In this document: piece by piece, positions 14,560-27,104 of the stretch
How positions within the stretch are numbered: the first letter of the stretch is position 1
Layout: each line of letters opens with the position of its first letter
Assembly: GCA_038087875.1 (NCBI GenBank)
Contig: CM075993.1
Span: 3,102,001 to 3,166,000, forward strand
DNA from: Malacoraja senta
Lineage: Eukaryota
DNA: 64,000 nucleotides
Direction: 5' to 3'
The notes under the pieces: generated by a model
What the model was told of the DNA's origin: nothing
The model's database searches: none
Seen by the model: only the letters and a program-made list of their open reading frames with translations
Position numbers and translations under genes: made by a program

Positions 14560-14975
14560 GGGAGGCGGCAGGGTAGAGTTGGTGCCTCACAGAGCCAGAG
14601 TTGATCCTGACCACGGAGGGCGCTGTCTGAACGGAGCTTACATGTTCTCCCTGTGACCTGCGTGGGTTTTCTCTGGGTGCTCCGGTTTTCTCCCACATTC
14701 CAAAGACGTTAAGGTTTGTAGGTTGTTTAAGAAGGAACTGCAGATGCTGGAAAATCGAAGGCACACAAAAATGCTGGAGAAACTCAGCGGGTGCAGCAGC
14801 ATCTATGGAGCGGAGGAAATAGGCAATGTTTCGGGCCGAAACCCTTCTTCAGGTTAATTGGTTTCTAGAAATTGCCCCTAGTGTGTACGACCGAACTAGT
14901 GTACGGGTGATCACTGGTCCGGTATGGACTCGGTGGCCCAAAGGGCCTGTTTCAGCGCAGTATCTCTCAACTCAA
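14560..14975 (+). mobile_element. HE1-type SINE containing a minus-strand Penelope-derived insert (14727-14852)
   Basis: SINE domains flank the insert; AGGTT is duplicated at its edges. Confidence 0.8.
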
Positions 14976-15084
14976 CCAAGCTAGATAGCACTTGTGACTC
15001 CTCCATCTGTGACCTTCCAATGAAAGTCCCTGGCTACGGGCTTTTCAACTGATTACGTCTCTCTCTCTCTCTCGGTTCGCCTTG

Positions 15085-15350
15085 CTCCACCCCCAAACCA
15101 CACTTCCTTTAGCAAGTGGTCTTCCAACCTTTTCCGCCTCCGCAGTTGGCCATCTCCGAGACCATCGATGCCCAATGCCTTGAGTTGGCCCCGTGCACTG
15201 CCTACAGATCAGATGTGGCTGGATGCATCTGCTCTGCAAGTGTTGTGGAATCAGTGTAGCAACGTCTCCGCGATGCCAGCGTTCTGTGGCATACACCAGG
15301 ACAGATGCCACGTTCCTGTTGAATGGTCTTTGCTTCGTCTAATGCCAACT
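15085..15350 (-). mobile_element. Possible decayed RTE-clade LINE C-terminal remnant
   Basis: Minus-strand QLKALGID...GWKTT resembles the RTE 'DLKxxxI...W...DRxxWR' tail; frameshifted and weak. Confidence 0.3.
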
Positions 15351-15854
15351 CCCCAAGATTTCCATAAATGTATGAGGGGCTAATGCTAGTCAAACGCTCC
15401 TATTAATCTCTGTCATCTTTTTACATCAGCTGTCCCCTTTCCCCAAAGGGCATGCAAAGCTGTTTACTCCATCTCAATATGCAATGTTGCTCGAGCAAGA
15501 TCTGCTTTATTTCTTACTCGACTTGGTTTTAATAATCAATCTTTTTTTGTTGTTGTCGTTCACATTTATTTCCCTAGGGGGAACGGTGATGATTTAGAAC
15601 CAAATGTTGTCGAGCCCTCACATATTTATCCATCCTTAATAAGTCCAACATTTGTTCTCAGTTCTACCTATCGGGAAAGGGAATGTTTAAGATGCTAGAA
15701 AAATCGAAGGTGGACAAAAATGCTGGAGAAACTCAGCGGGTGAGGCAGCATCTATGGGGCGAAGGAAATAGGTGACGTTTCGTGTCGAGACCCTTCTTCA
15801 GACTGATGTGAAAAGGGATAGAGCTCGGTAGCGAAAGACACTTGTGGCCGGTGG

Positions 15855-16075
15855 AAGTGGCAGAATTTCCTTTCAGAAACTACGCTGATGAACCAGATTG
15901 ATGTTTGCAACAGTTGGGTGGTTTCATGTTCCTCATTATTGCTGTTTTATTCCAGGTTTATTTAAGTAACAGTATTTAAATATCTCAGCTGTCTTAGTGG
16001 GATTAGAACTCGTTTCTGGATCATTAGATCATGCTTCAGGAATATCAGTCCAGAGACATTACCATGTTGTTACCA
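15855..16075 (-). mobile_element. Old tRNA-derived chondrichthyan SINE (not HE1)
   Basis: Reverse complement reads GGTAATGTCTCTGGACTGATATTCC...GAGTTCTAATCCCAC (A/B-box-like)...TCTGGTTCA...GGAAATTCTGCCAC. Confidence 0.5.
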
Positions 16076-16231
16076 TTCTCTTAACTCATTGTAAACCATA
16101 TTGAAATTAACTTCTCTTCCTACAATAGTACCAGTGTCTCTAGTTTGTGACTGTATGTGTCAGTTCGACGTGCCGATACTCTCAAAAGGTAAACGTCCGT
16201 TTATTGTTTTCCGTCAAAAGACACGTTTGGA

Positions 16232-16813
16232 CTTTAGACTTTAGAGATACAGCGCGGAAACAGGCCCACCGAGTCTGCACCGACCAGCGATCCTCGTACA
16301 CTAAAGGGCCTGTCCCACTGTACGAGGTAATCACAAGAGTTCTACCGAGATTTCCCTTGATTCGAACTCTGAGAATGTCCGTAGTGGCTCGTACGAGTAA
16401 CGTTAGGTACTCGGGAAATCCGGTAAACTTTTTTTCAACACTGTGAAAAATGTCCACGAGTAAAAAAATATTCGTGACGAAAAAAATTGTTACCTTTTAC
16501 TCGTGCGAGCCGCTGCGAGACATCCACGGACTCCTGCGGACCCGCTACGGACATTCTCCGAGTTCGAATCAGGGGAAAACTCGGGAGAACTCTTGAATTA
16601 CCTCGTACAGCAGGACAGGCCCTTTACACTATCCTACACACACTAGGGACAATTTACAATATTTACCGAAGCTGATTAACCGACAAACCTGTACGCCTTT
16701 GGAGGAAACCAGAACACCTGGAGAAAACCCTCATGGTCACGGGGAGAACGTATAAACTCCGTACAGGCAGCACCCGTAGTCAGGATCAAATCTCGGTCTC
16801 TGGCGCTGTGAGG
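16232..16813 (-). mobile_element. HE1-type SINE with a Harbinger-like MITE (16305-16623) inserted
   Basis: SINE interrupted at CACTAA; MITE TIRs AGGGCCTGTCCCACTGTACGAGG / CCTCGTACAGCAGGACAGGCCCT. Confidence 0.85.
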
Positions 16814-17009
16814 CTTTAATAAACGCGTCTTCAAACCCAGATCCCAACCTGAAAAGTCACCCACCAATGTTCTCTGGAGATACTGTCTGACCTGTTGAGT
16901 TACTCCAGCACTTTGTGTTCGATAGAGAGGAACATTTTAGGAACATTGAATTCTCCGTTTTACAAATCCCCCTCCGCATAGACTTAAACTCAGAGAGGAA
17001 AAATTCAAT

Positions 17010-17250
17010 CAGAACCCGAGTGGCAACTTTTTCACTCCAAGGGTGGTGGCTAATTGGAATGATCTGCCAGTGGAGGTAGTTGAGGCAGGCACAATAACAA
17101 TATTAAAAAGACACTTGGACAGGTACATAGATAGGAAAGGTTTAGAGGGACATGGGCCAAACGCGGGCAGGTGGGACTGGTGTAGATGGGGAATCTTGGT
17201 CGGCAAGGGCATGTGGGGCCGAAGGGCCTGTTTTCGTGCTGTACGACCCA
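17010..17250 (+). mobile_element. CR1 (HER1-type) 3' end sharing its tail with HE1 SINEs
   Basis: FTPRVVANWNDLPVEVVEAGTI...LDRYIDR then GGGCCGAAGGGCCTGTTT tail. Confidence 0.8.
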
Positions 17251-17314
17251 AGACGATCCAAAGGCCTAGCTCGATGGATTTCGTTCCTTGAACAGAAGGG
17301 AAGCGAGGAGCCAA

Positions 17315-18100
17315 GGGCGGCCACGGTGGTAGCGGTAGAGTCACTGCCTACACAGCGCTTGCAGCGCCGGAGACACGGGTTCAATCCCGACTACCGGTGC
17401 TGTCTGTACGGAGTTTGCACGTTCTCCCCGTGACCTGCGTGGGTTTTCTCCGAGATCTTCGGTTTCCTCCCACACCACAAAGACGTGCAGGTTTTTAGGT
17501 TGTGTAGGAAAGAACTGCAGATGCTGGTTTAAATCGAAGATAGACACAAAATGCTGGAGTAACTCAGCGGGACAGGCAGCATCTCTGGAGAGAAGGAATG
17601 GGTGACATTTCGGGTCGAGACCCTTCTTCTGACAGTCGGGAACAAGGGACTTGACCCGAAACGTCACCCGTTCCTTCTCTCCAGAGATGCTGCCTGTCCC
17701 ACTGAGTTACTCCAGCATTTTGTACCCATCCTCAGTATGAACACTGTTTGTAGGTTAATTGGCTTGGTAAATTATAAAAAATGTCCCTAGTGTGTGTGTA
17801 GGATAGTGTTAAGGGCCTGTCACACTTGGAGATTTTTTCGGGACTGCCGGCGTCATTCCAGGGTCTCCAAAAGATTTTGACATTTCGAAACCCAACGGCA
17901 ACAAAACAAAATGTTGCGACACTTGAAAAAAAACACCGCGCGTCGTACGTTACCACAAAAAATTTCAGTGACCTGATACGTCAGTTGCCGAAAAAAAATC
18001 GCCATGTGGGACAGGCCCTTCAATTTGCGGGGATCTCTGGTCGGCGCGGACCCGGTGGGCCGAAGGGCCTGTTTCCACGCTGTATCTCTAAAACTAAAAA
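17315..18100 (+). mobile_element. HE1-type SINE with nested Penelope-derived inverted pair (17503-17722) and MITE (17812-18019)
   Basis: Collinear SINE segments around the two inserts; MITE TIRs AGGGCCTGTCACAC / GTGGGACAGGCCCT. Confidence 0.82.
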
Positions 18101-19378
18101 AACAAAGAGCTCTGCGCATCCAATCAATTTTTGTATGTGGAACCATCTGCCCTGTCATTATAGTCACATCAGCTGGAGACCTGGTCGAATCAAAGAGTCC
18201 ATTTGTGCCTCTACAAGCTACATTAACTCAAGGGCAAACTCATTCGAAAGGCACATCCCCGCAAACGAAAATCAGCCAGGTTCTCAGATTGCTGAAATAA
18301 AATAGGGAAGGAATGTTTGATTTAGATCTTCGGGCTAAAGGAATCAAGGGATATGGGGGGGGGGAAAGTAGGAACGGGGTACTGATTTCAGATGATCAGC
18401 CATGATAGTGCTGGCACGAAGGGCCGAATGGCCTGCTCCTGCACCTATGTTTCTATGTTTTTATACACACAAGGAGAGGGTGACAACAGGAAAGAGTTGC
18501 TGCCTGGAATCGAAACATTGAAATCTGAATGTCAGGACCAATAATAAATGGACACATAGGACTTTGATTTCTGATTTATAATCCCAAAGATGACCGAACA
18601 CGATGGCTCATGGCTGGAGAAAACACCTGAGTAGGTTACAATGATTGGAAACATGAATCAGACCATTCCCTGAAGAATATTGCACCTTGTTTGGCTTCCC
18701 TTTCATCTCGGTTGTATCTCTGGTGCCGTGCAACAAAGCCCAGCGTAGAGGCTAGAAGGGTGACTGACCTCTCTTCCCAATCCCACTCCCAGCCCAAATC
18801 CCTGAAGCCCAGGCAATGCTCAGGACTTGTGTAGGAAGGAACCGCAGATGCAGGCTTACACCGAAGACCAACACAAAATGCTGGAGTTATGGGACTGTCC
18901 CACTGTACGAGCTAATTCAAGAGCTCTCCCGAGTTTAAAAAAACCCCGAAACGTCACCTATTCCTTCGCTCCATAGATGCTGCCTCACCTGCTGAGTTTC
19001 TCCAGCATTTTTGACTACCTTTGAAGTTTCAGTGAGAATCTTTTCAGCATTGCTGAGGCGGCTTGGAGAGTGGAACGGGGGGGGGGGGTCAGTGGCATTG
19101 AACCAGTCTCCGTATCCCGAGTCTCATCTCAGCGACAGTGTGCCTTCCTTTGGTCCTCCACGCAGCATCGAGGATCAGAGGACCTCATGTGTTACTAAGT
19201 GACTACTTAGCATGACATGAAACGCGGCTGTATTAGTGCTGTCGAGGGCGTAGCTACAGGCCCCATCTGGAACACTAGCGTGGACATGTCGCCTAATCAC
19301 AACAAGGATACTATTGCCCTTGAAGAATTACTGAACTGAGCGGCCTGGATAATTGCACAAACGATGGCAGAAGATTAA

Positions 19379-19695
19379 TGGCCCTGTCCCACGGTACGAG
19401 TTCATTCCAAGAGCTCTCCCGAGTTTGCCCAGAGTCGAATGGTAATGGCCGCTCGTCGGTACTCGGGGCTCTCGTGGACATTTTTCAACATGTTGAAAAA
19501 TCTTCACGAGTCTTCCCGAGCTTACCTGCCGTTAGCGAGTCTTCCCGAGTACCTGCCGTTAGCGTTACGAGCCGCTAAGAGACGTCCCCGAGCTCCGACG
19601 TACCCGCTACGTTCATTCTCCGTGCTTACCACGAGTTTGATTTTTTTAAACTCGGGAGAGCTCTTGGAATGAACTCGTACAGTGGGACAGGGCTA
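19379..19695. mobile_element. Harbinger-like MITE, complete
   Basis: Long TIRs TGGCCCTGTCCCACGGTACGAGTTCATTCCAAGAGCTCTCCCGAGTTT; TAA TSD on both sides. Confidence 0.85.
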
Positions 19696-19792
19696 TAAGG
19701 GACTGGGTCACTTTAGCAAAGTGGATCTTAGACCCACCATCACAAAACACACAATTAATTAATCAAAATTGAAGAATTTAAATAGAATATGC

Positions 19793-20060
19793 CGGCACAG
19801 TGGCACGGGTTCGATCCTGACTACGGGTGCTGTCTGTACGGAGTTTGTGCGTTCTCCCCGTGATCTGCGTGGGTTTCCTCCGAGATCTTCGGTTCCCTCC
19901 CACAAAGACGTACAGGCCTGTAGGTTAATTGGCTTGGTGTATTTATAAAATTGTCCCTAGTGTGTGTAGGATAGTGTTAGTGTGTGGGGATCGCTGGTCG
20001 GTACGGACTCGGTGGGCCGAAGGGCCTTTTTTCCGCACTATTACTATAAACTAAACTAAA
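19793..20060 (+). mobile_element. HE1-type SINE
   Basis: B-box, central domain and (CTAAA)n tail. Confidence 0.85.
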
Positions 20061-20850
20061 ATAACAGCTTGGATATAACACATAACACATATATGCTATG
20101 GAGTTGAGGAAGAATTTATTTAGCCAGAGGTGGTGAATATGTGGAATTTACTGGCATAGACAGCGGTGGAGGCCGTCATTGGGTATTTTTAAAGCGGAGA
20201 TTAATAGGTTCTTAATTAGTAAGTGCAGCTAAAGTCATGGGAGAAGGTATGAGAGTGTGGTTGAGAGGGAAATTTAGATCAGCCATGATCAAATGGCAGA
20301 GAAAACTCGATGGGCCGAATGGCTGAAATCTGCCCCTATGTCTAAGTGTCTTATTGCACATTATCAAAAATGTTACTGCCAATGAGGCATTTTGAGCAAT
20401 AGTCCAGCAATAGGCAATGGACAATAGGTGCAGGAGCAGGCCATTCGGCCCTTCGAGCCAGCACCGCCATTCAATGTGATCATGGCTGATCATCCCCAAT
20501 CAGTACCCGGTTCCTACTTTCTCCCCATATCCCTTGATTCCGTTAGCCCGAAGAGCTAAATCCAACTCTCTCTTGAATACAAATGAGTAAGACTTTGGCA
20601 GATGACACTAAACTAGACGGTATCGTAGACAGTGAAGATGGTTATCAATTATTACAGCGGGGTCGGTTTTCTCTGGAACGTCAGAGGTTGAGGGGAGAGT
20701 TGGTGGAAGTATATAAAGTTATGAGAGGCAGAGAGCAGGCAGTCAGAGCCTGTATCGCAGGGAGGAAATGTCAAAGAGCAGAGGGCACAGCTTTGTGAAC
20801 CCGTGCCTCTGGCGCTGTAAGGCAGCAGCACTAACGCTGCCGCATCGTAA

Positions 20851-21052
20851 AGGGCCTGTCCCACGTGGCCGTCATTTACGCGCCATTTACGCGACCTCCA
20901 AAAATGTGGCAGTCGCGTTGTGACGCACGGGTAGCGTGTGGGTAGCGCGAGACGGGCGCACGGACAGGCGTGGAGGAGTGTGGAGTTGCGCGCGGTATCG
21001 CGCGGCGCTCCAGGATTTCGTGCTGCACGAAATCCTCGCGCGCCACCTGCGC
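20851..21052. mobile_element. Truncated Harbinger-like MITE (CG-rich interior, related to 47359-47562)
   Basis: TAA + AGGGCCTGTCCCAC; shares AATCCTCGCGCGCCACCTGC with the 47.4-kb copy. Confidence 0.7.
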
Positions 21053-21330
21053 GTTTCTTCCCAGCTGTTATCAGGCAACTGAACCATCCCACCACAACCA
21101 GAGAGCGGTCCTGAACTACTATCTACCTCATTGGTGACCCTCGGACTATCCTTAATTGGACTTTGCTGGCTTTACCTTGCACTAAACGTTATTCCCTTAT
21201 CATGTATCTGTACACTGTAAATGGCTCGATTGTAATCATGTATTGTCTTTCTGCTGACTGGTTGGCACGCAACAAAAGCTTTTCACTGTACCTCGATACA
21301 CGCAACTAGAAACTAAATTGAACTGAACTA
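21053..21330 (+). mobile_element. Rex1-type LINE 3' end
   Basis: FFPAVIRQLN remnant plus 3' UTR; related copies at 7385-7515, 47040-47345 (minus) and 49325-49625. Confidence 0.75.
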
Positions 21331-22354
21331 TTTACACACTATTTCTCATTTATGGTTAGTCACTATGATTTATGCAATAAAATATACTTATCTGGTTCAT
21401 ACGACACAAGAGACTTTACTCCTTATTTTAATTAGATTTTGTCACAGGAATCTTGGAGGGGGTTCATTTCATTTAAGATCAACCCAACAATGTACAGGTT
21501 TGCAGGTTAATTGGCTTGCTATAAATGTAGAATGTAAAATTGTCACTAGCGTGCGTCGGATAGTGTTCGTGTGCGGGGATCGCTGGTCAGTGGGGACTCG
21601 GTGGGCCAAAGGGCCTGTTTCCGCGCTGTATCCCGAAACTAGACGGAAAAACAAGGCCTCGACCCGAAACGTCACCCATTCCCTCTCTCCCGTCCCGCTG
21701 AGATACTCCGGCTTTTTAGTGTCTATCTTTGGAAAAAAGAAGGAAACTGTCTTAAGATGTCCTTCCTTCCTCAATAAATGCACGGATCTGCCTCAAATTG
21801 GGAAAGTGGTGATCTTGAAAGACTGGCGCTTAAACTGACATTTGTTGTTGCTATCTCTACATAATTTAACACTGCCCTTTATAGAGGCAATTATACAAAC
21901 AAGGCCGGTGTGCCGACTGTTATCAAATATACACAGCATATGGAACTGTCATTGCTTTCCCACTGAGACTTCTCACCGTGATAATTAGTTGAGGTTGGGA
22001 CCTAAAGCCCGCTTTAACAGACTGACTGACATGCAATTATTTTAGGTTAGGAACAGTGGAACAGATAGCAATTGCATTTCTAACTGACACACAAGGACGG
22101 TTTATTTAGATGGAATGGATTGATAAGACAAGAGCCAATCCTTGTGGATTTGAATTTCAAAGATTCTGTGGCAGATCAAGGAACTAAACCCTGGAACCCA
22201 CTCGAAGACTTTGTGTAGAGTTTAATTTCCTTCTGCTTTTTAGAAGCACTTTCGGGTACAAGCCGGGCCTAATCAGTTACAGGGCCAATATTTTATTTTC
22301 AACACATAAAAACCCCAATTTTGCTCCTCAACGTTGGGTCTTTTTCTGGTGTTT

Positions 22355-22560
22355 CTCCTCATCTCTTTCCTAAAAGAACGTCTTTTAATTCTGAGGCTAT
22401 GACTTCCAGTCCTGGACTCACCCACTGGTGGAAACATCCTCTCCACATCCACTCCATCCAAGCCTTTCACTGTTCTGTACGTTTCAATGAGGTCATCCCC
22501 TCATCCTTCTAAACTCCAGCGAGTACAGGCCCAGTGCCGACAAACGCTCATCACATATGT
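22355..22560 (-). mobile_element. CR1 LINE fragment
   Basis: KGLDGVDVERMFPPVGESRTGSHSLRIK. Confidence 0.85.
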
Positions 22561-22564
22561 CATA

Positions 22565-23143
22565 TGTGTCTCCCTCTCCCCTGACATCAGTCTGAAGAAG
22601 GGTCTCGACCCGAAATGTCACCCATACCTTCCCTCCAGATTCCCACTGAGTTACACCAGCATTTTTGTGTCTATCTTCGGTTTAAACCAGCATCTACAGT
22701 CTGAAGAAGGCTCTCGACCCGAAACGTCACCCATTCCTTCTCTCCAGAGATGCTGCCTGTCCCGCTGGGTTACTCCAGCTATTTGTGTCTAATCTTTATG
22801 GCTTGTTAACTCAACCCAAACTACACAAGGTGCTGGAGTAACTTGGGCAATAAATCGTCACCTTTCTGATTTTATACTGCACGCCCACAGTAATCCACAA
22901 AGTCATAACTTTGATATGAAGGAATAGATGACGTTTCGGGTCGAGACCCTCCTTCAGACTGAAGTTCCCTCCTCAAACCGTTCCATCTCTACTGATCAGT
23001 AGAGACCCTTCATCAGTCTGAAGAAGGGTCTCAACCCGAAACGTCGCCTATTCCTTCTCCATAGATGCTGCCTCACCCGCTGAGTTTCTCCAGCATTTTT
23101 GTCTACGTTTGATTTTTCCAGCATCTGCAGTTCTTTCTTAAAC
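22565..23143. mobile_element. Cluster of Penelope-derived 3' repeats with hammerhead cores
   Basis: CTGAAGAAGG...CGAAA(C/T)GTC at ~22592, 22701, 23018 (plus) and ~22930-22958 (minus). Confidence 0.8.
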
Positions 23144-23144
23144 T

Positions 23145-24205
23145 TTTATATGGAGCGTTACTTTAATGAAGACAGAACAGGACGAAGTCCTTCAAAGCAT
23201 TCTTTATTTAACTCTGCCATACCAATAACATACAAAAAATAAATGCAATTTAATAAAATGTAGTTAAGTCTATGTATTGCACAGACACAATATTTAGTCC
23301 TTTATGCTTTGCAAGCATTTGCCTGTACGGTGAAACTTCAAATGTTTCAGAAACCATTTAGCAGAGAGCATTTTTGCAATTCATTCGAGCTTCCACAGAA
23401 CACAACACACAGTTATCACATTTAAACCTTCGGTTTAAACCAGCATCTGCAGTTCCTTCCTACACATTGCCCATAAAGGCTGCACATTAGTAGACCCCAC
23501 GACAGTAGAAGCAGTTGGGAGGGAGAGACATCAAGACGGACGTGCACCTTGATCTGTTTTGTACCTGACGTTAAATATTGGCATCGAAGTTTGGACGGAT
23601 TTGGACTCCTCACACTTGGATTAAACGCTGGAATTATCCAGATGCTCATCCATATTCATCGTAGGTGCCCCAAAACTGGCATGAAACTGGCATGGGCTGG
23701 TTTAATTCTTCATTTTCGCAATGTCTGAAAAAGGTCCCGGAGTTTTGACGGAATTATTTTTCCGCAGTAAACCTTTGCTAAGTGTTGTCAGAGTTTGGAA
23801 CAACAGGCGTGTCCCTTGGAGATGGCGAACGAAGTTGACCTCTTTTGCTATGTTCCCGTGTTACCTGCCTCTGGGTTTAATCAGAGTTATCCTTGGCTTG
23901 GATGCCACCAGACAGCAGGTCCAAGTTGCTCTGCTGAGACTCAAATCTGGCCTGTGTATTCCAAGGCACAAGATTATTTTTAAAATCTCTTTCTTAAATG
24001 GCTCATGCGTGTTTGAGTTGATGTTTGTATTAAACTTGTACGTTCCATGGGTGAGAGGTGGGCGGGCGGGCGGGCGGGCCACTGATCGGCGGTGAGCACT
24101 GGCGGAGGCCGGGCCGGGTAAGGTTGGGGTTGGGGCTGGGGTGAGGAGCGGTGCTAGGCCGCAGCCTCGCAGCCTTGCCGCCGGTACCTCAGCGCCGTCG
24201 CTTCC
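23145..24205 (-). pseudogene. Candidate decayed retrocopy or intronless transcript of an unidentified gene
   Basis: On minus: GC-rich leader, Kozak-like CCCATGG at 24048, stop-interrupted mid-GC body, AT-rich end with AATAAA (23204-23209) and ATTAAA (23162-23167). No protein recognised. Confidence 0.3.
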
Positions 24206-24273
24206 AAAGATCTTGATGCTATTTACAGCAGAGCAGTATGCAACACTAGTAGATGTGGACGCCATGGCCAAAG

Positions 24274-24367
24274 CAAAGATAGGAGTGCGGAGATGGAAGC
24301 CGGTTACGGAAATGGGGCCGAGTGGTCTTTTTCATCGAGTGGTCTATCTTATCCTATAGGATCTTTG
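24274..24367. mobile_element. Internally deleted relative of the 6421-6807 DNA element
   Basis: CAAAGAT...GGAAGCCGGTTACGGAAATGGGGCCG...CTATAGGATCTTTG. Confidence 0.65.
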
Positions 24368-24761
24368 GTCAAATTGGGCCAAAGGGCCTGTTTCCACACT
24401 GACTCTATAACCATCAACAAATTCACTGCTACACAGCTACATAAACGTGACTGATTATTTATGTTGATGGCGCAGTTCCTCTGGCTGAAGGCTTGTGTTG
24501 TTTGTGTCATGCATTAATTTCATCGCGTAGGCATAGAAGTACATTGTGAAGGACTTCAATTAACATGTCTCGGAGATCTAGCGTGGGTTGCAACTTGTCA
24601 GTGAGGCCCTCAATGTAATTAGTTATCATTCTTTACAGCAAAAAGGTCAGTTGAAATGTCCACATGGGGTGTATAAATCAATAGATAAGTTGCCATATCA
24701 TTCCAACAAGTCACCAGTTCATTTCTTCTCTCCTTCCCTGCATGAGGGTGTTATTAGGCAA

Positions 24762-25387
24762 GAACATTGGTCCAGGAACGCTGAGGCCCTGTACAAGAAG
24801 GGACAGAGCCGGCTGTACTTTTTGAGAAGGCTCCACTCCATCAATGACTGCAGTGAGATGATGCAGATGTTTTACCGACCGGTGGTGGCCAGAGCCATCT
24901 TCTTCGCTGCCGTGTGCCGGGGCAGCAGGGCGAAGGCTGCGGACGCCAACAGGATCAACAAACTCATCAGGAAGGCAGGGGGTGGAGTTGGATTCACTGG
25001 AGGTCGGTCTTGGAGGTGGGGGGGGGGGGTGCTCCTCAAACTGCGGAGCATCCTGGACAATACAGCTCACACCCCCTCCGTGACGCACTGGTCAACCTGA
25101 GGAGCAACTTCAGCCACAGACTGGTTCCACCAAGATGCAGGACAGAACGCCACAGGAGATCCTTCTTCCCTGTGGCTATCAAACTGTACAACTCCTCCCC
25201 CTTCTGTCGTGGGGTGGGCTGAGACTGACTCCCACTCCCCCCCCCCCCCAATCTTTGCACATCCCCAATCCTTTCCATTCGTCACTTTAATTTCATCTTT
25301 CATGTATATTGTGTTTTACGACTGTTGACGGATCAATTTCCCTCCTGGGATAAATAACGTTCTATCGTATCGTATGGTATCGTATCA
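24762..25387 (+). mobile_element. Rex1/Babar LINE 3' fragment (second subfamily)
   Basis: WSRNAEALYKKGQSRLYFLRRL...NKLIRKAG; SFFPVAIKLYN; (TATCG)n tail. Confidence 0.85.
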
Positions 25388-25897
25388 GGGAGGTGATTCT
25401 CCTCAGAGTGCTGAAGGGAATGGAGAGATGAAAGGGAGAAAGGGAGCGTGACGTCTTCGTCGGGTGAGACGCGGAAAAGGCCCCTCGTGCAGAATTACTG
25501 GGCGTCACGTTGGCGCAGCGGCAGAGTTGCTGCCTCACGGCGACGGAGTACCGGGTTCGATCCCGGCCACGGGCGCTGGTTGTGCGGAGTTTGTACTCGG
25601 AGTTGTCCTCGCGTGACCTGCGTGGGTTTTCTCCGTGAGCTCCGGTTTCCTCCCGCACTCCCAAGACGTGTGCAGGTGCAGATGAACTCGGGCAGGGCGG
25701 TTCCCTGATGGGCGGATTGTCGGATTGGGACTGTGCGATCCCAAGAGGGATACGTCGTGGCGAACTGCGGAACTGGTTAACCCACTTTTAGTGGGGGACG
25801 AGGGGGATAATGGGGGGGGGGGGAGGGAAACTAGTACTGCTTCCTTTACAGACCATCACACAGCGTAGGTAAACATTCAATAGACAATAGACAATAG

Positions 25898-26140
25898 GTT
25901 TAAGAAGGAACTGCAGATGCTGGAAAATCAAAGGTAGACAAAAGTGCTGGAGAAACTCAGCGGGTGCAGCAGCATCTATGGAGCGAAGGAAATAGGCAAC
26001 GTTTCGGGCCGAAACCCTGAAGGAAATAGGCAATGTTTCGGGACGAAACCCGGAAGGGTTTCGGGCCGAAACGTTGCCTATTTCCTTCGCTCCATAGATG
26101 CTGCTGCACCCGCTGAGTTTCTCCAGCACTTTTGTCTACC
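25898..26140. mobile_element. Head-to-head Penelope-derived inverted repeat inside a minus-strand CR1 tail (CR1 runs to ~26358)
   Basis: Near-perfect inverted arms; CAATAGACAATAGG on both flanks. Confidence 0.85.
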
Positions 26141-26548
26141 AATAGACAATAGGAGCAGGAATTGGCCATTCAGCCCTTCGAGCCAGCACCGCCATTCAAT
26201 ATGATCATGGCCGATCATCTAAAATCAGTACCCCGTTCCTGCTTTCTCCCCATACCCCATGGTTCCGTTAGCCCAAAGAGCTAAACCTAACTCTCTCTTG
26301 AAAACATCCAGTGAATTGGCCTCCACTGCCTTCTGTGGCAGAGAATTCCACAGATTCGCAGAAGAATATGGGTGATGGGCTGAATGGTCACCTAGGGTTG
26401 GCACTTTGATGGTGCCGATTCTCCTTAGGAGCGCATTCAAGATCAGAATGATTCACGAACGCAATGGTTCAAGGAGGCATCATCAGTGGTGTTGATGGAT
26501 TGCGACAGAATGCGTTGAATTGATGGTAGAATGAATGCGGAGAAAGGC

Positions 26549-26956
26549 ATGTCCCAATGCATGTCCCAATGCATGTCCCATTGCATGTCCCATTGCATGT
26601 CCCAATGCATGTCCCAATGCATGTCCCATTGCATGTCCCAATGCATGTCCCAATGCATGTCCCATTGCATGTCCCATTGCATGTCCCATTGCATGTCCCA
26701 ATGCATGTCCCATTGCATGTCCCATTGCATGTCCCATTGCATGTCCCAATGCATGTCCCAATGCATGTCCCAATGCATGTCCCATTGCATGTCCCATTGC
26801 ATGTCCCAATGCATGTCCCAATGCATGTCCCATTGCATGTCCCATTGCATGTCCCATTGCATGTCCCAATGCATGTCCCATTGCATGTCCCATTGCATGT
26901 CCCATTGCATGTCCCAATGCATGTCCCAATGCATGTCCCAATGCATGTCCCATTGT
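26549..26956. repeat. 12-bp minisatellite (ATGTCCCAWTGC) x34
   Basis: Read directly; two unit variants. Confidence 0.98.
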
Positions 26957-27104
26957 ATTTACTGGATGCATGATGAATAAAAGTCATAACAATTCATTGC
27001 ACCTCCTCACTTAATTTAGTCAAATAATTTAAATCTGTGCCCTCTGCTCACTGATCCTGCTGCCATTGAAAATGGTTATAATTTCATAACTTCATGTATT
27101 CTAG

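Noticed and set aside
23980..24048. MERTSLIQ resembles the 14-3-3 sigma N-terminus
   Set aside because: Similarity ends after 8 residues and the frame stops at codon 23.
26549..26956. CRISPR-like array
   Set aside because: Units are contiguous with no unique spacers, and the context is eukaryotic.
26443..27014. Six overlapping ORFs (MHWD, CPNA, MSQC repeats) resembling Cys/His metal-binding proteins
   Set aside because: The 12-bp unit has no stop in any frame; there is no other sign of a gene.
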